DNA of 64,000 nt from Candidatus Culexmicrobium cathedralense (GTDB taxonomy: Archaea > Thermoproteota > Methanomethylicia > Culexarchaeales > Culexmicrobiaceae), in assembly GCA_025061115.1 (NCBI GenBank), contig JANZKC010000001.1, positions 672,001-736,000 on the forward strand, given 5' to 3'. Numbering within the stretch: position 1 is the stretch's first letter; each line of letters starts with the position of its first letter. The notes beneath the pieces were generated by a model. The model was not told the origin of the DNA. It made no database searches and was given only the letters and a program-made list of their open reading frames with translations. Below, one piece after another: positions 21,001 to 30,040 of the stretch. The position numbers and the translations under genes were made by a program.

Positions 21001-22081
21001 TAACCTTTATGAACCTCTCTGCTGATTTGTCCCAGTTGAATTGTTTTGCCCAGTTTAAGGCGTTCTCTGCTAGTCTTCTCCATAGTTCTTGATCCTCTGT
21101 CAGCATTATCATCGCCTTCGCCATCGCTTTTATGTTTCCGTATGGTACTAGTATGCCTGTTTTCATGTGTTTTATTGAGTCTCTTAGCCCAGGTACGTTA
21201 TACCCTATCGCTGGTGTTCCGTGGGCGTTAGCTTCTAGTACTGTTAATCCGTAGCCTTCTTTTTTAGATGTATGTATGAGTGCCCATGCCTGCTGCATTA
21301 ATTCTGCTTTTGTTTTTTCGCTAACTTCACCTAGGATTTCTATGTTTTTGAGTTTTAGTTTTTTGGCTATTTCTCTTAGGGTTTCTGTTCCTTTTCCTGC
21401 TATGATTAGTTTTGTGTTTGGTATTTGTTTTGATGCTAGGAGGAAGGCTGTGATTGCGTGGTGTGGTTGTTTGTATTTTTTGTATCTTGAGAACCATAAT
21501 ATTATTGGTTGTGAGGCTTTGTGCTTTATTGTGTTTGGGTTGTGGTCTATTGCGTTTGGTACTATGTGGATTTTTTGTGGTTTGGCACCTAGTTTGATTA
21601 GTTCTTGTTTTGTGCTGTTTGAGACTGCTATTAGGTGTGTGTTTGGTAGTGTTGTGTAGAGTTTGGGCATGATTGTTTCTAGTGTGTAGGCTATTATTGC
21701 CTTATATGGTGGAAGTTCTTGGAGGTATATGTCTCGGTTTAGGTGGTGTACTATTGCTATTATTGGCGTGATTTTGTTTGGTCGTAGGATTGGTGTGAGG
21801 AGGGGGATCTTGCTTGTGTCTTCTATTATGATGTTTGCCCAGTTTTTGTAGGTTTTGAGTATTTTGGGCATATGTAGGATGTAGTTGTCGTGGTTTCCTA
21901 TTCTTTGGATTGTGTAGCCGTCTATTGTTTCTTTGTGTTTTAGTTTTGGGTGCCAGCTTGTTACTGCGTGTATTTTGTGTCCTTTTTGTGCTAGTCTTTT
22001 GCAGATTTGGTGCATGTAGACTTCTGCTCCTCCTGACCATGGGTGTTTTATGTCTCTCCATTGTAGCCAGAGTATGTTCAA
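20978..22081 (-). CDS. Glycosyltransferase family 4
   Basis: GGAEVY, IAVS, VPNA, EGYGLTVLEA. Confidence 0.92.
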   Translation of the reverse strand: MNILWLQWRDIKHPWSGGAEVYMHQICKRLAQKGHKIHAVTSWHPKLKHKETIDGYTIQRIGNHDNYILHMPKILKTYKNWANIIIEDTSKIPLLTPILRPNKITPIIAIVHHLNRDIYLQELPPYKAIIAYTLETIMPKLYTTLPNTHLIAVSNSTKQELIKLGAKPQKIHIVPNAIDHNPNTIKHKASQPIILWFSRYKKYKQPHHAITAFLLASKQIPNTKLIIAGKGTETLREIAKKLKLKNIEILGEVSEKTKAELMQQAWALIHTSKKEGYGLTVLEANAHGTPAIGYNVPGLRDSIKHMKTGILVPYGNIKAMAKAMIMLTEDQELWRRLAENALNWAKQFNWDKSAERFIKVIESITNG

Positions 22082-22090
22082 GGTTTTTGT

Positions 22091-22798
22091 CTACCTTTTG
22101 AGTGTTAGTTTTGTTAGGTGTTTTATGTAGTGGGCTATCTCCTTCATGCTTAGTTTGCTTTTTCCTTTTGTTCTTGGTTTGAATGTGTATGGTATTTCTG
22201 CTATTTTCTTTGGTTTTGTTTTGGCTACTATTTCTAGGAGGATTTTGTAGCCTGTTGGGTTTAGTTCTATGCCTTGAAGTAGTTCTTTTTTGAGTGTGAA
22301 GTATCCGCTCATGGGGTCTTTTATTTTTCTTGTTTGTGGCAGGAATAGGTGCGCTAGGGCTATTGCTCCTTTTGATATTATTTTTCTTTTTAGGCTCCAG
22401 CCTTCTATTTTTCCGCCTTTTGTGTATCTTGAGGCTATGGCTATGTCGTTTCCTTTGAGCATTGCTTGGTGGAGTTTTGGTAGTAGTTCTGGTGGGTGTT
22501 GTAGGTCTGCGTCCATTACTGCTATTATGTCGCCTTCTGCGTGTTTTATTCCGGTTAGGATTGCTGTTGCTAGTCCCATTTTTGCGAATCTATGTATGAC
22601 TTTTATGTTTCCGTATTGTTTTGCGAGTTGTTCTGCTAGTTGTCCTGTTCCGTCTGGGCTGTTGTCGTCTACGATTATTATTTCGTGGTCTTGATTGTTC
22701 ATGGCTGTTTCTATTCTTTGTATGAGTTGTGGTAGGTTTTCTCGTTCGTTGTATGTTGGTATTATTATTGATATTTCTGGTGTATGGTTTTTGTTCAT
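22091..22798 (-). CDS. Dolichol/polyprenol-phosphate mannosyltransferase (DPM1-like GT2)
   Basis: IIPTYNE, VDDNSPDGT, MDADLQHPPE, DPMSGYF, R..GKSK. Confidence 0.9.
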   Translation of the reverse strand: MNKNHTPEISIIIPTYNERENLPQLIQRIETAMNNQDHEIIIVDDNSPDGTGQLAEQLAKQYGNIKVIHRFAKMGLATAILTGIKHAEGDIIAVMDADLQHPPELLPKLHQAMLKGNDIAIASRYTKGGKIEGWSLKRKIISKGAIALAHLFLPQTRKIKDPMSGYFTLKKELLQGIELNPTGYKILLEIVAKTKPKKIAEIPYTFKPRTKGKSKLSMKEIAHYIKHLTKLTLKR

Positions 22799-23235
22799 GT
22801 TGTTTGTTTTTTGTTTTTGTTTGTGTGGTTTTGTTGTTGTGTTAGTTGTTTTAGTTTGTTGATTATTTGTTTGTTTCCTGCGAGTATTTTTCCGTGTGTG
22901 ATTATTTCTTTGATGATTTTTCTTTTTTGTTTTGCCATTTTTGTGATTTCTTGTGTTGTGTATACTATGAGTTGTATGTCTATGGGTAGTGTTGGGTCTA
23001 TGTATTCTGTTATTCTGTCTATTGGTCTTTTTGGTACGTTGTCTGAGATTATGATTATGTCTGCGTCGGAGTAGGCTGTGTAGTCTCCTCTTGCTAGGGA
23101 TCTGATGAGTATTATGGTTTTGGCTTTCTTTTCTTTGATGTGTTTTTCTGCGTATTCTTTTAGTTTTTTGATTGTTTTTTGGTAGTTTAGTTTAAATGAT
23201 TTTATTTTTGTAGTATTTAATGATTTTTTCTTCAT
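22795..23235 (-). CDS. Minimal nucleotidyltransferase (MNT) antitoxin, possibly inactive
   Basis: LIRSLARGDY..SDAD; the canonical GS glycine is replaced by R. Confidence 0.8.
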   Translation of the reverse strand: MKKKSLNTTKIKSFKLNYQKTIKKLKEYAEKHIKEKKAKTIILIRSLARGDYTAYSDADIIIISDNVPKRPIDRITEYIDPTLPIDIQLIVYTTQEITKMAKQKRKIIKEIITHGKILAGNKQIINKLKQLTQQQNHTNKNKKQTT

Positions 23236-23268
23236 GTTCTATTGCTCTTTTTGCGTCTTCTTCTGGGT
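23192..23268 (-). pseudogene. HEPN toxin, C-terminal remnant
   Basis: Manual translation PEEDAKRAIEHEEKIIKYYKNKII*, typical last HEPN helix, overlapping the MNT 5' end. Confidence 0.6.
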
Positions 23269-23270
23269 TA

Positions 23271-23624
23271 TTACATCTGGCATATTGGTGGTGTGTTTAG
23301 GTGTGAGAACCCCAAGTATAGTATATAATTCACGTCTTTTAACCAGGACTTAGCCTTCACATAACCGAGTGCGAGCGCCTGCTCTACACGCCTCTTAATA
23401 ATCTCAAGTCCAATCATAAATGCCCTAATTTTGAGCGTGAGTTTTGAGCTTATCTTATCGAATATCTTTAGGAGTACTTCCCTTAGGGTTTGGCTTTTTA
23501 CTAGGCTTACTATCCTAGCGGATATGGTTAGGATTGCCCTTTCATCGGGATGGAGCTTGAAGAATTTCCCAGTCCTCAATGCCATCCTATACGCGGTGCG
23601 AATAGTTTTCTGTGTTATGTCCAT
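23271..23624 (-). CDS. Conserved hypothetical basic protein (paralog of 27603-27974)
   Basis: Shared ALR.G.(W/F).KL...E(R/K)A and WL.D..YI.(Y/W)LG motifs. Confidence 0.7.
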   Translation of the reverse strand: MDITQKTIRTAYRMALRTGKFFKLHPDERAILTISARIVSLVKSQTLREVLLKIFDKISSKLTLKIRAFMIGLEIIKRRVEQALALGYVKAKSWLKDVNYILYLGFSHLNTPPICQM

Positions 23625-23719
23625 CCATGTTTGTATGAGGCTCCATCCCGACTAATGTGTAGTGTTCGAAGCTTTGTTTTTGAGTGTTATGTGCTAGTTT
23701 TGTGGTGGGCTCCCCGTGC

Positions 23720-24001
23720 TTAGCTCCGTCGTGGCTTTTCGTGCTTACGCTTTCGTTCTTCTCGTATAAAGTAGGCTAGCTGGAGTAGTACTCCTGCTAC
23801 TAGATTATAATAGGCGTATTCGGCTAGCTTGTTGGCCGTGAGCTCGTTTCCTAGTGCTAGGTAGGCGGCCGCGGTGATGAGTAGTATCATGAATGTTATT
23901 ATGAATGGTGCTCCCCAATTTTCTAGGAAGTAGGTTAGGTCTAATTTGTAGATTCTTTTGCTACTTAGTTTTATTTTTATGATTAGTTTTCTTTTGCTCA
24001 T
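23720..24001 (-). CDS. Small two-TM membrane protein
   Basis: NWGAPFII...ANKLAEYAYYNLVAGVLLQL. Confidence 0.7.
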   Translation of the reverse strand: MSKRKLIIKIKLSSKRIYKLDLTYFLENWGAPFIITFMILLITAAAYLALGNELTANKLAEYAYYNLVAGVLLQLAYFIREERKRKHEKPRRS

Positions 24002-24010
24002 TTGACTTTT

Positions 24011-24949
24011 TTACTTTGTGTGATGTATGTATTTTAGTTTATTTATTGTTTGCCTTAATCCTTCTTTTAGTGTTGTTTTTGCTTTGAAGCCTAGTTCTTG
24101 TTGTGCTTTGGTTGTGTCTGCGTGGCTGTGTTTTATGTCTCCTTCTCTTGGTTTTGTATATATGATTGGTGAGTTGGTTTTTGTTAGTTGTTTTATTTGT
24201 TGTGCTAGTTGGTTTATTGTTGTTGGTTTTCCTGTTGCTATGTTGTAGGTTCCATTTCGTTTTGCTTCTAATGCTGCAATGAATGCTCTTGCTGCATCTT
24301 TTACGTATATGAAGTCTCGTGTTTGTTTTCCGTCTCCGTAGATTGTTAGTGGCTTCCCGGCGAGTGCGTTGTTTATGAATTTTGTTATTACTCCTGCGTA
24401 TTGGTTGTGGGTTTGTCTTGGTCCGTATGCGTTGAATATTCTTAGTGTTGTTGTGGTTATGTTGTGGAGGTGGTTGTATGTTTTTAGGTAGTTTTCTGCT
24501 GCTATTTTTGTTGCTGCGTATGGTGATAGTGGGTTTGGTGGGTGGCTTTCTTTTATTGGGAGTTCTTTTGGCTCGCCGTATACTGCTGCTGATGATGCGA
24601 ATATTATTTGTTTGACTTTGTTTTTGGCTGCTGTTTTTAGTAGTTTTAGTGTTCCTGTTGCGTTTACTTGGTGGTAGAGTAGTGGTTTCTTAATTGATTC
24701 TTCTACGCTTATTAGTGCGGCTAGGTGCATTACTGCGTCTGCGTTTTTTAGTGCTTTGTTGAGTGTTTTTGTGTTGCGTATGTCTCCTTTGATGAAGGTT
24801 ATTTTGTTTTTCTTGATGTGGTGGGCTATGTTTTCTAGTTTGCCTGTGGTTAGGTTGTCGAGGACTGTTACTTCATGACCTTTTTCTACTAGTGCGTCGA
24901 TTAGGTGGCTTCCGATGAATCCTGCTCCGCCGGTGACTATAATCTTCAT
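24011..24949 (-). CDS. NAD-dependent nucleotide-sugar epimerase (UDP-glucose 4-epimerase family)
   Basis: TGGAGFIG, SSAAVYG, YAATK, FNAYGPRQ, RDFIYV. Confidence 0.93.
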   Translation of the reverse strand: MKIIVTGGAGFIGSHLIDALVEKGHEVTVLDNLTTGKLENIAHHIKKNKITFIKGDIRNTKTLNKALKNADAVMHLAALISVEESIKKPLLYHQVNATGTLKLLKTAAKNKVKQIIFASSAAVYGEPKELPIKESHPPNPLSPYAATKIAAENYLKTYNHLHNITTTTLRIFNAYGPRQTHNQYAGVITKFINNALAGKPLTIYGDGKQTRDFIYVKDAARAFIAALEAKRNGTYNIATGKPTTINQLAQQIKQLTKTNSPIIYTKPREGDIKHSHADTTKAQQELGFKAKTTLKEGLRQTINKLKYIHHTK

Positions 24950-25037
24950 TTTAATTTGGTATTGATCTGCTTTTCATGGTTATCTTCTTCATTGGGATTT
25001 GTTTATTTGTTGTGAGGATTTTGTTGTTGCTGGTGGT

Positions 25038-25535
25038 TTAGGGATCTTTTATTATTTTTATGAATTGGTTTAGTGTTTGGGATTGTTGTTGTGCGGTTTT
25101 TAGGTTTATGTTGTTTGTTAGTGTTTTTGCTGTTTTTAGGGATTTTACGTATTGTTTTCCTTTTCTTCTTAGTATGTTGTTTAGGTATGATTCTGGGTTT
25201 TCAAGGTTTTCTGGGTTTGGTATTCCCATTCCTGCTAGGATCCATGATTCTATCGATCTCTTAATTATAATTGTATGGATGTTTGTGTGATTTATGTTTT
25301 TGATGACTTTTGATAGGTTTTTCTTTATGGTTTTTTCGGGGTGTTTGTGGAGGTCTTTTAGTATTATTATTTTTGAGTATGGTTTTCTTGTTAGTGCTGC
25401 TTTGATTAGTCGTATGGCTTTATTTGGTCTATTTCCTCTCATTAGTAGAATTTTTGCTTTTACGTTTAGTTTTTCCGTGATTTTTTGGATGACGCCTTTA
25501 TCGCTTGGGCCTTCTACGAGTATGAGGATTGACAT
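25038..25535 (-). CDS. TOPRIM-fold protein (DUF4276-like)
   Basis: ILVEGPSD, IILKDLH, SIESWIL. Confidence 0.7.
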   Translation of the reverse strand: MSILILVEGPSDKGVIQKITEKLNVKAKILLMRGNRPNKAIRLIKAALTRKPYSKIIILKDLHKHPEKTIKKNLSKVIKNINHTNIHTIIIKRSIESWILAGMGIPNPENLENPESYLNNILRRKGKQYVKSLKTAKTLTNNINLKTAQQQSQTLNQFIKIIKDP

Positions 25536-25537
25536 TG

Positions 25538-26686
25538 TTATTCGGCTTTTGGTATTCCGCCGATTAGACCTGAGTACCAGGCTTCTCCGAGGGTTCCGCC
25601 TTCTTCGAGCAGCTTCTTTACAGCGTGTATTTCCTCCATGCTTTCGAGCTTCTTAATAATTGTGGCTGTATTTGGCTTTTCAACTATGTAGACTTCTTCG
25701 GGTTTTACATGGTCCAGTAAGTATGGTGAGTGTGTGGTGATTATTACTTGGCATGGTGCTTTGCGGGTTAGATCGATTAGTGTTTCTAGGAGATGTGGGT
25801 GTATGCAGTTTTCGGGTTCCTCAAAAACAGCTAAACTTGGCTGTGAATACAGGGCTGTTATGTAGGCAAGCATTCTGAGAGTTCCATCAGAAATATTTGC
25901 AGGTCTTAATGGTTCGGATAGGCCTTTAACGCGTAGCCATAACTCAACAGATGTGCCTTCAATATGAGGAATAATCTCCTCAACTTCGGGTATGAAGCTT
26001 CGAAATGCATCTTCAATAGATGTGAAAGCTCTTCTATTCTCAAGATATAAGTGTAGAAGTATGCGGGCAAGATTATTTCCATAATAACCTAGAAAAGTGG
26101 GAGCTTCAATACTTGATCGACCCCGTATCTTCTCAGGAGAAAAGGAATGCACAGTGATATTACGTAGTAGACGAGCTAATTCATGTAATTCATTAACAGC
26201 ACTTAATGGTAAAAAGGACAATAAGCTTCTAAACAACCGTCTATTGTTGAAAAATGGAATATGTTGAGATGGAGGAGTTGCCTTCTCCATTTTCCCTTGA
26301 ACTGTGAGGAAAATACTTTTTGGGGGCATGGAATATGTGCCTTCTTGTTCGAGGGCTATTTCATCATTAATCCACGCTTTTTCGATGTACCCGTTGGCTG
26401 TGAGTGTTAATGTGTATTTGATGTTGCGGTTTTCTATTGTAGCTTCTATTTCTAACTCTGTCTTGGCTGCTTCGTCGAATCCGTATGCGAGGTCTTTGAA
26501 GCTTCGGTAGCCTGATAGTATGGGGAAACCGTTTTTTGCGTGGTTTTTGATGAGTTGTAATGCTTTGGCAATATTGCTTTTGCCGCTAGCGTTTGGTCCT
26601 ACTAGTATGTTTAGTTTGCCTAGTTTCATTTCTGCGTTTTTGAGGCTTAGGAAGTTTTTGATGTGTATTTTGGTTATTGATGGCAT
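25538..26686 (-). CDS. ABC-type ATPase (AAA_21/SMC-like)
   Basis: IKNFLS, GPNASGKSN, signature ISDGT, Walker B FEEPENCIHP, H-loop ITTHSP. Confidence 0.9.
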   Translation of the reverse strand: MPSITKIHIKNFLSLKNAEMKLGKLNILVGPNASGKSNIAKALQLIKNHAKNGFPILSGYRSFKDLAYGFDEAAKTELEIEATIENRNIKYTLTLTANGYIEKAWINDEIALEQEGTYSMPPKSIFLTVQGKMEKATPPSQHIPFFNNRRLFRSLLSFLPLSAVNELHELARLLRNITVHSFSPEKIRGRSSIEAPTFLGYYGNNLARILLHLYLENRRAFTSIEDAFRSFIPEVEEIIPHIEGTSVELWLRVKGLSEPLRPANISDGTLRMLAYITALYSQPSLAVFEEPENCIHPHLLETLIDLTRKAPCQVIITTHSPYLLDHVKPEEVYIVEKPNTATIIKKLESMEEIHAVKKLLEEGGTLGEAWYSGLIGGIPKAE

Positions 26687-26797
26687 TATTTGTTTATTTG
26701 ACGTTTTTAAATATAATGTTATCTCTATTTTCTGGGAGGAATTTCTTGTTCTTTTGAAGTTTGGGTTGTCTTGTTGGATTGTTTTTTGGTGTTTTGG

Positions 26798-27203
26798 TTA
26801 TAGCCATATTCTTGTTATTTCTTTGATTTTGTCGTATTCTTTGTCTTCTGATGCTATTTTGGTTATGTTGTTTGTTGTTATTGTTGCGATGTGGAGGGCG
26901 TCTGAGGGGTTGATGTTGTGTGTTTTGAGTATTTCTGCGGCTTTTTGGTATTCTTTTTCGTTGAGGGGTAGGATTTCTATGTATGGGAGTACTATGGATT
27001 CAATGAATTCTATGGTGATGTTGTATGGGGCGTTGTATCTTTTCTTAGAGATGTAGAGGAGTTCGTCTAGGACTAGTACGTCCGTGTATGCTTTTGTAGC
27101 TTAGTAGTAAGTCTAGGTAGAAGTTTTCGTATATTTTTCTCCATTCTGGGGTTTTTATGGTGTTTAGGTATATTAGTAGGTTTGAGTCTATGAAGATTTT
27201 CAT
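26798..27203 (-). pseudogene. vapC: VapC PIN toxin with a 1-nt frameshift (~27100)
   Basis: MKIFIDSNLLIY..., then YTDVLVLDELLY...PSDALHIAT...IASEDKEYDKIKEITRIWL*; 406 nt; ATGA overlap with the antitoxin. Confidence 0.8.
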
Positions 27204-27466
27204 TGTTCGAATTCCTTTTCTAGGTAGGTTTTAGCTTGCTCGCCGGGTTTGGGCTCTATTGAGTTTGGTATGTTTTTTATTCGGTTTAGGTGTTTCTTTA
27301 ATGCGGTGCTTAGTTTTTCTTTGTCGATTTTTCTTACTGGTTTGAGGAGGATTCCGTCTTTGATTTCTACTGTTACTTCGTCTCCTTCGTTGATGCCGAC
27401 TGCGTCTCTGATGGCTTTTGGTATGATGATGTATCCTTTTTTGCCGACTTTTAGCTTTAGAGTCAA
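27200..27466 (-). CDS. AbrB/MazE-type antitoxin
   Basis: KVGKKGYIIIPKAIRDAVGINEGD. Confidence 0.9.
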   Translation of the reverse strand: MTLKLKVGKKGYIIIPKAIRDAVGINEGDEVTVEIKDGILLKPVRKIDKEKLSTALKKHLNRIKNIPNSIEPKPGEQAKTYLEKEFEQ

Positions 27467-27602
27467 ACTTGGTCTGCCTCGAGCTAGACTTGGCTAACCT
27501 CTCATTTAAGTATTGCTGTGGCGTGTTTCTTGTTTGTTGTTGGTTGGAGTTGTGGTTTTGAGTATGTTGGAGGGTGTTGTGTGGGTGGGTTTGTTTAGTT
27601 TG

Positions 27603-27974
27603 TTATGGGGGGTTGGGGGTTAGGCGGTATATTCCTTCGGTTAGTCCTAGCCAGAATATGTATGTGGGGTCTTGGAGCCATTTTTTGAGTTGGGGGCACC
27701 ATTTGAAGGCTCCGCTTTTCTTAAATTGGGTGAGTATGTGGCGGGCTCTTTCGAGTCCCGCCTTTACTATTTTGAGGGTGGGGGTTAGGATGAGTTTATT
27801 CATTATTTCTGTTAGGTGTGAGATTACGTCTGGGTTTATTATTTTTCTTTTGATTTTTGCGTAGGTTAGGGCTGCTCGGTAGAATGCTTTTTCTAGTTTG
27901 GATAGTTTTTTCCAGTTTCCGTTTCTTAAGCCTTTTTTCAGGGTGTTTGCGAGCTCAGTGTAGTAGATGGGCAT
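27603..27974 (-). CDS. Conserved hypothetical basic protein (paralog of 23271-23624)
   Basis: GLRNGNWKKLSKLEKAFY...WLQDPTYIFWLG. Confidence 0.7.
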   Translation of the reverse strand: MPIYYTELANTLKKGLRNGNWKKLSKLEKAFYRAALTYAKIKRKIINPDVISHLTEIMNKLILTPTLKIVKAGLERARHILTQFKKSGAFKWCPQLKKWLQDPTYIFWLGLTEGIYRLTPNPP

Positions 27975-28157
27975 ATTTTACCCTCTAATTATTATTAGTA
28001 TGTTTGTTGATTTAAAAGGGATTGGGTTGCATGATTTTATTAGTCAATGATTTTGCTGTTCGTATTTATGTTTCAGTTTTTATAATTGTGTTTGCTTGTT
28101 TTTTCTGTTTTTGTGTGTTATTATTGTGTGGTTGAGGTTTTGTTATAAAGAAGGTTG

Positions 28158-28499
28158 TTATTGTTTTGTTTCTTCTTTTGTTTTGGTTTCTTTCTTTTCT
28201 TCTTTGGGTTTTTCTTCTTTGGTTTCTTCCTCTTTTGTTTCTTCTTCTAGTTTTTTGAGTTCTTCTTCTATTTCTTTTTCTATTTCTTCTATTGGTTTTG
28301 GTGGTGGTGTTGTTGCTAGGGTGTATCCTATCCAGGCTATTATTGTGAGTACTCCTCCTACTGCTATTAGGGCTGTGAGCTTCATTACGATGAGGTCTAG
28401 TCCTGGCCAGGTTGGGAAGAATAGTAGCCATATGTATATGATTATTCCTATTATTGATCCTGCGAGTAGGCCTGCTCCTATTATGGCGTCTTTTTGCAT
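28158..28499 (-). CDS. Two-TM membrane protein with acidic KEE-repeat tail
   Basis: WIGYTLATTPPPKPIEEIEKEIEEE followed by KEE repeats; GGAGG RBS. Confidence 0.8.
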   Translation of the reverse strand: MQKDAIIGAGLLAGSIIGIIIYIWLLFFPTWPGLDLIVMKLTALIAVGGVLTIIAWIGYTLATTPPPKPIEEIEKEIEEELKKLEEETKEEETKEEKPKEEKKETKTKEETKQ

Positions 28500-28589
28500 T
28501 TTTGTTCCTCCTTGATTTCGTTTTTTAGTTATTGTTGTTTTGTTATAAAACGTTTACTGGTTTGTTTTGTTGTTTGTTATTTTAAGTGG

Positions 28590-29921
28590 TTATTTTGGTT
28601 TGTGTTGAATTGTTTTTAGGTAGTATATTGCTGCTAGTGTTGCTGCTATTGCTATTACTGTTATGGTTATGATTATGGTTGTTGTTGGTGTGATTTCTGG
28701 TGGGGGTGGTTGTTTTACTGTTATTGTTATTGTGTTTGATGTTGTGTTGTCTGCTTTTGCTTGTATTTGGTATGTTCCTTTTTGTTGGAATGTTATTGTG
28801 AATGTTGTTTTTCCGTTTGGTTGGGTTGTTTTTGTTTGGGTTGGTGTGTTGTTTATGTATAGGGTTATTGGGGTGTTTTTCATGGGTGTTCCGTATTGGC
28901 TTATTGCTATTGCTGTGATTGTTATTGTTTGTTCTGTTTGGATTTCTAGTTTGTCTGCTCCTAGCATTAGTATTGTTACTTTTGGCGGGGGCAGTTTGAC
29001 TGTGATTGTTATGGTGTTGGATGTGTAGTTGTTTGTTTTGGCGTAGATGGTGTAGTTTCCTTGTGTGTAGAGGGTTATGGTGAAGGTTGTTTGTCCTTGG
29101 TTGTTGGTTGTTTTGGTTTGGTGTGGTGCGTTTTGGATGTATAGGGTTGTTTGGATGTTTGGTTGTGGGTTTCCGTTTTGGTCTGTTATTGTGGCTGTTA
29201 TGTTGATTGGTTCGGCTGGCTTTGCGATTGTTTTGTCGGCTTCTATTTTTATTGTGAGGATTTTTGGTGGTGGGGGTGGCTTGGTTACCGTGATCGTTAT
29301 TGTGTTTGATTTTATTGTGTCTGCCTGCGCGTATATGGTGTAGTTTCCTTCTATTTTGAATGTTATTTGGAAGGTTGCTTTTCCGGCTGTGTTTGTTTTT
29401 GTGGTTGTGTTTAGCTGTTGGTTGATGATTAGTTGGACTGTTACGTTTGGCATTGGCTTGTAGGTTTGGTCTAGTACTTGGGCTGTGAATGTTATTGTTT
29501 GTCCGGTTTTTATTGTTGTTGTGTTTGCTTGTAGGTTTATTTTTGTTATTTTTGGTGGTTGGGGTGGTGGGGGTGGTTTTGTTGTTATTGTGATTGTGCG
29601 GGTTGCTGTTGTTTTGGTTGTTACGTCTTTTGCGTATAGGGTGTATGTGCCTGTTGTCCAGTCGGTTGATGTTTTGAGTTTGATTGTTAGTTTGCCTTCG
29701 TTGTCTGTTGTGGCTTCCCATACCCATATTGGTCCTGTTGGGCTGTTTAGTTGGAGCATTACGTGTCCGTTTGGTGTTGCTCCTGTGATTGTTATGGTTA
29801 TGGTTTCTTCTAGGTAGTAGGTTGACTTGTCGGTTGTGAGTGTGAATGTTGTTTGGGCTTGTAGGGGGTTTAGGATTAGGGTTAGAATTATGAGGAGTGG
29901 GATTGCGTGTTTATTTTTCAC
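28590..29921 (-). CDS. Cell-surface protein with tandem Ig-like (Big_1-type) domains
   Basis: Signal peptide, about four beta-rich domains (ITxTA...DQ.G.P...T...G...F.IT...G.Y.I.A) separated by poly-Pro linkers, C-terminal TM anchor. Confidence 0.85.
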   Translation of the reverse strand: MKNKHAIPLLIILTLILNPLQAQTTFTLTTDKSTYYLEETITITITGATPNGHVMLQLNSPTGPIWVWEATTDNEGKLTIKLKTSTDWTTGTYTLYAKDVTTKTTATRTITITTKPPPPPQPPKITKINLQANTTTIKTGQTITFTAQVLDQTYKPMPNVTVQLIINQQLNTTTKTNTAGKATFQITFKIEGNYTIYAQADTIKSNTITITVTKPPPPPKILTIKIEADKTIAKPAEPINITATITDQNGNPQPNIQTTLYIQNAPHQTKTTNNQGQTTFTITLYTQGNYTIYAKTNNYTSNTITITVKLPPPKVTILMLGADKLEIQTEQTITITAIAISQYGTPMKNTPITLYINNTPTQTKTTQPNGKTTFTITFQQKGTYQIQAKADNTTSNTITITVKQPPPPEITPTTTIIITITVIAIAATLAAIYYLKTIQHKPK

Positions 29922-30040
29922 AATTTCACCGCATCAATTATATTTGAAGTTTTTTGGTTTGCGTGTTTTTATTAATGATGTTTCAGTGCTTTAAAATTTT
30001 TGGTATTTTAATTATAGCTTCATTGAATTTCTGCGCATAT

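Noticed and set aside
28170-28290. Approximately 15-bp periodic pyrimidine-rich repeat
   Set aside because: Explained by the low-complexity KEE tail of the membrane protein.
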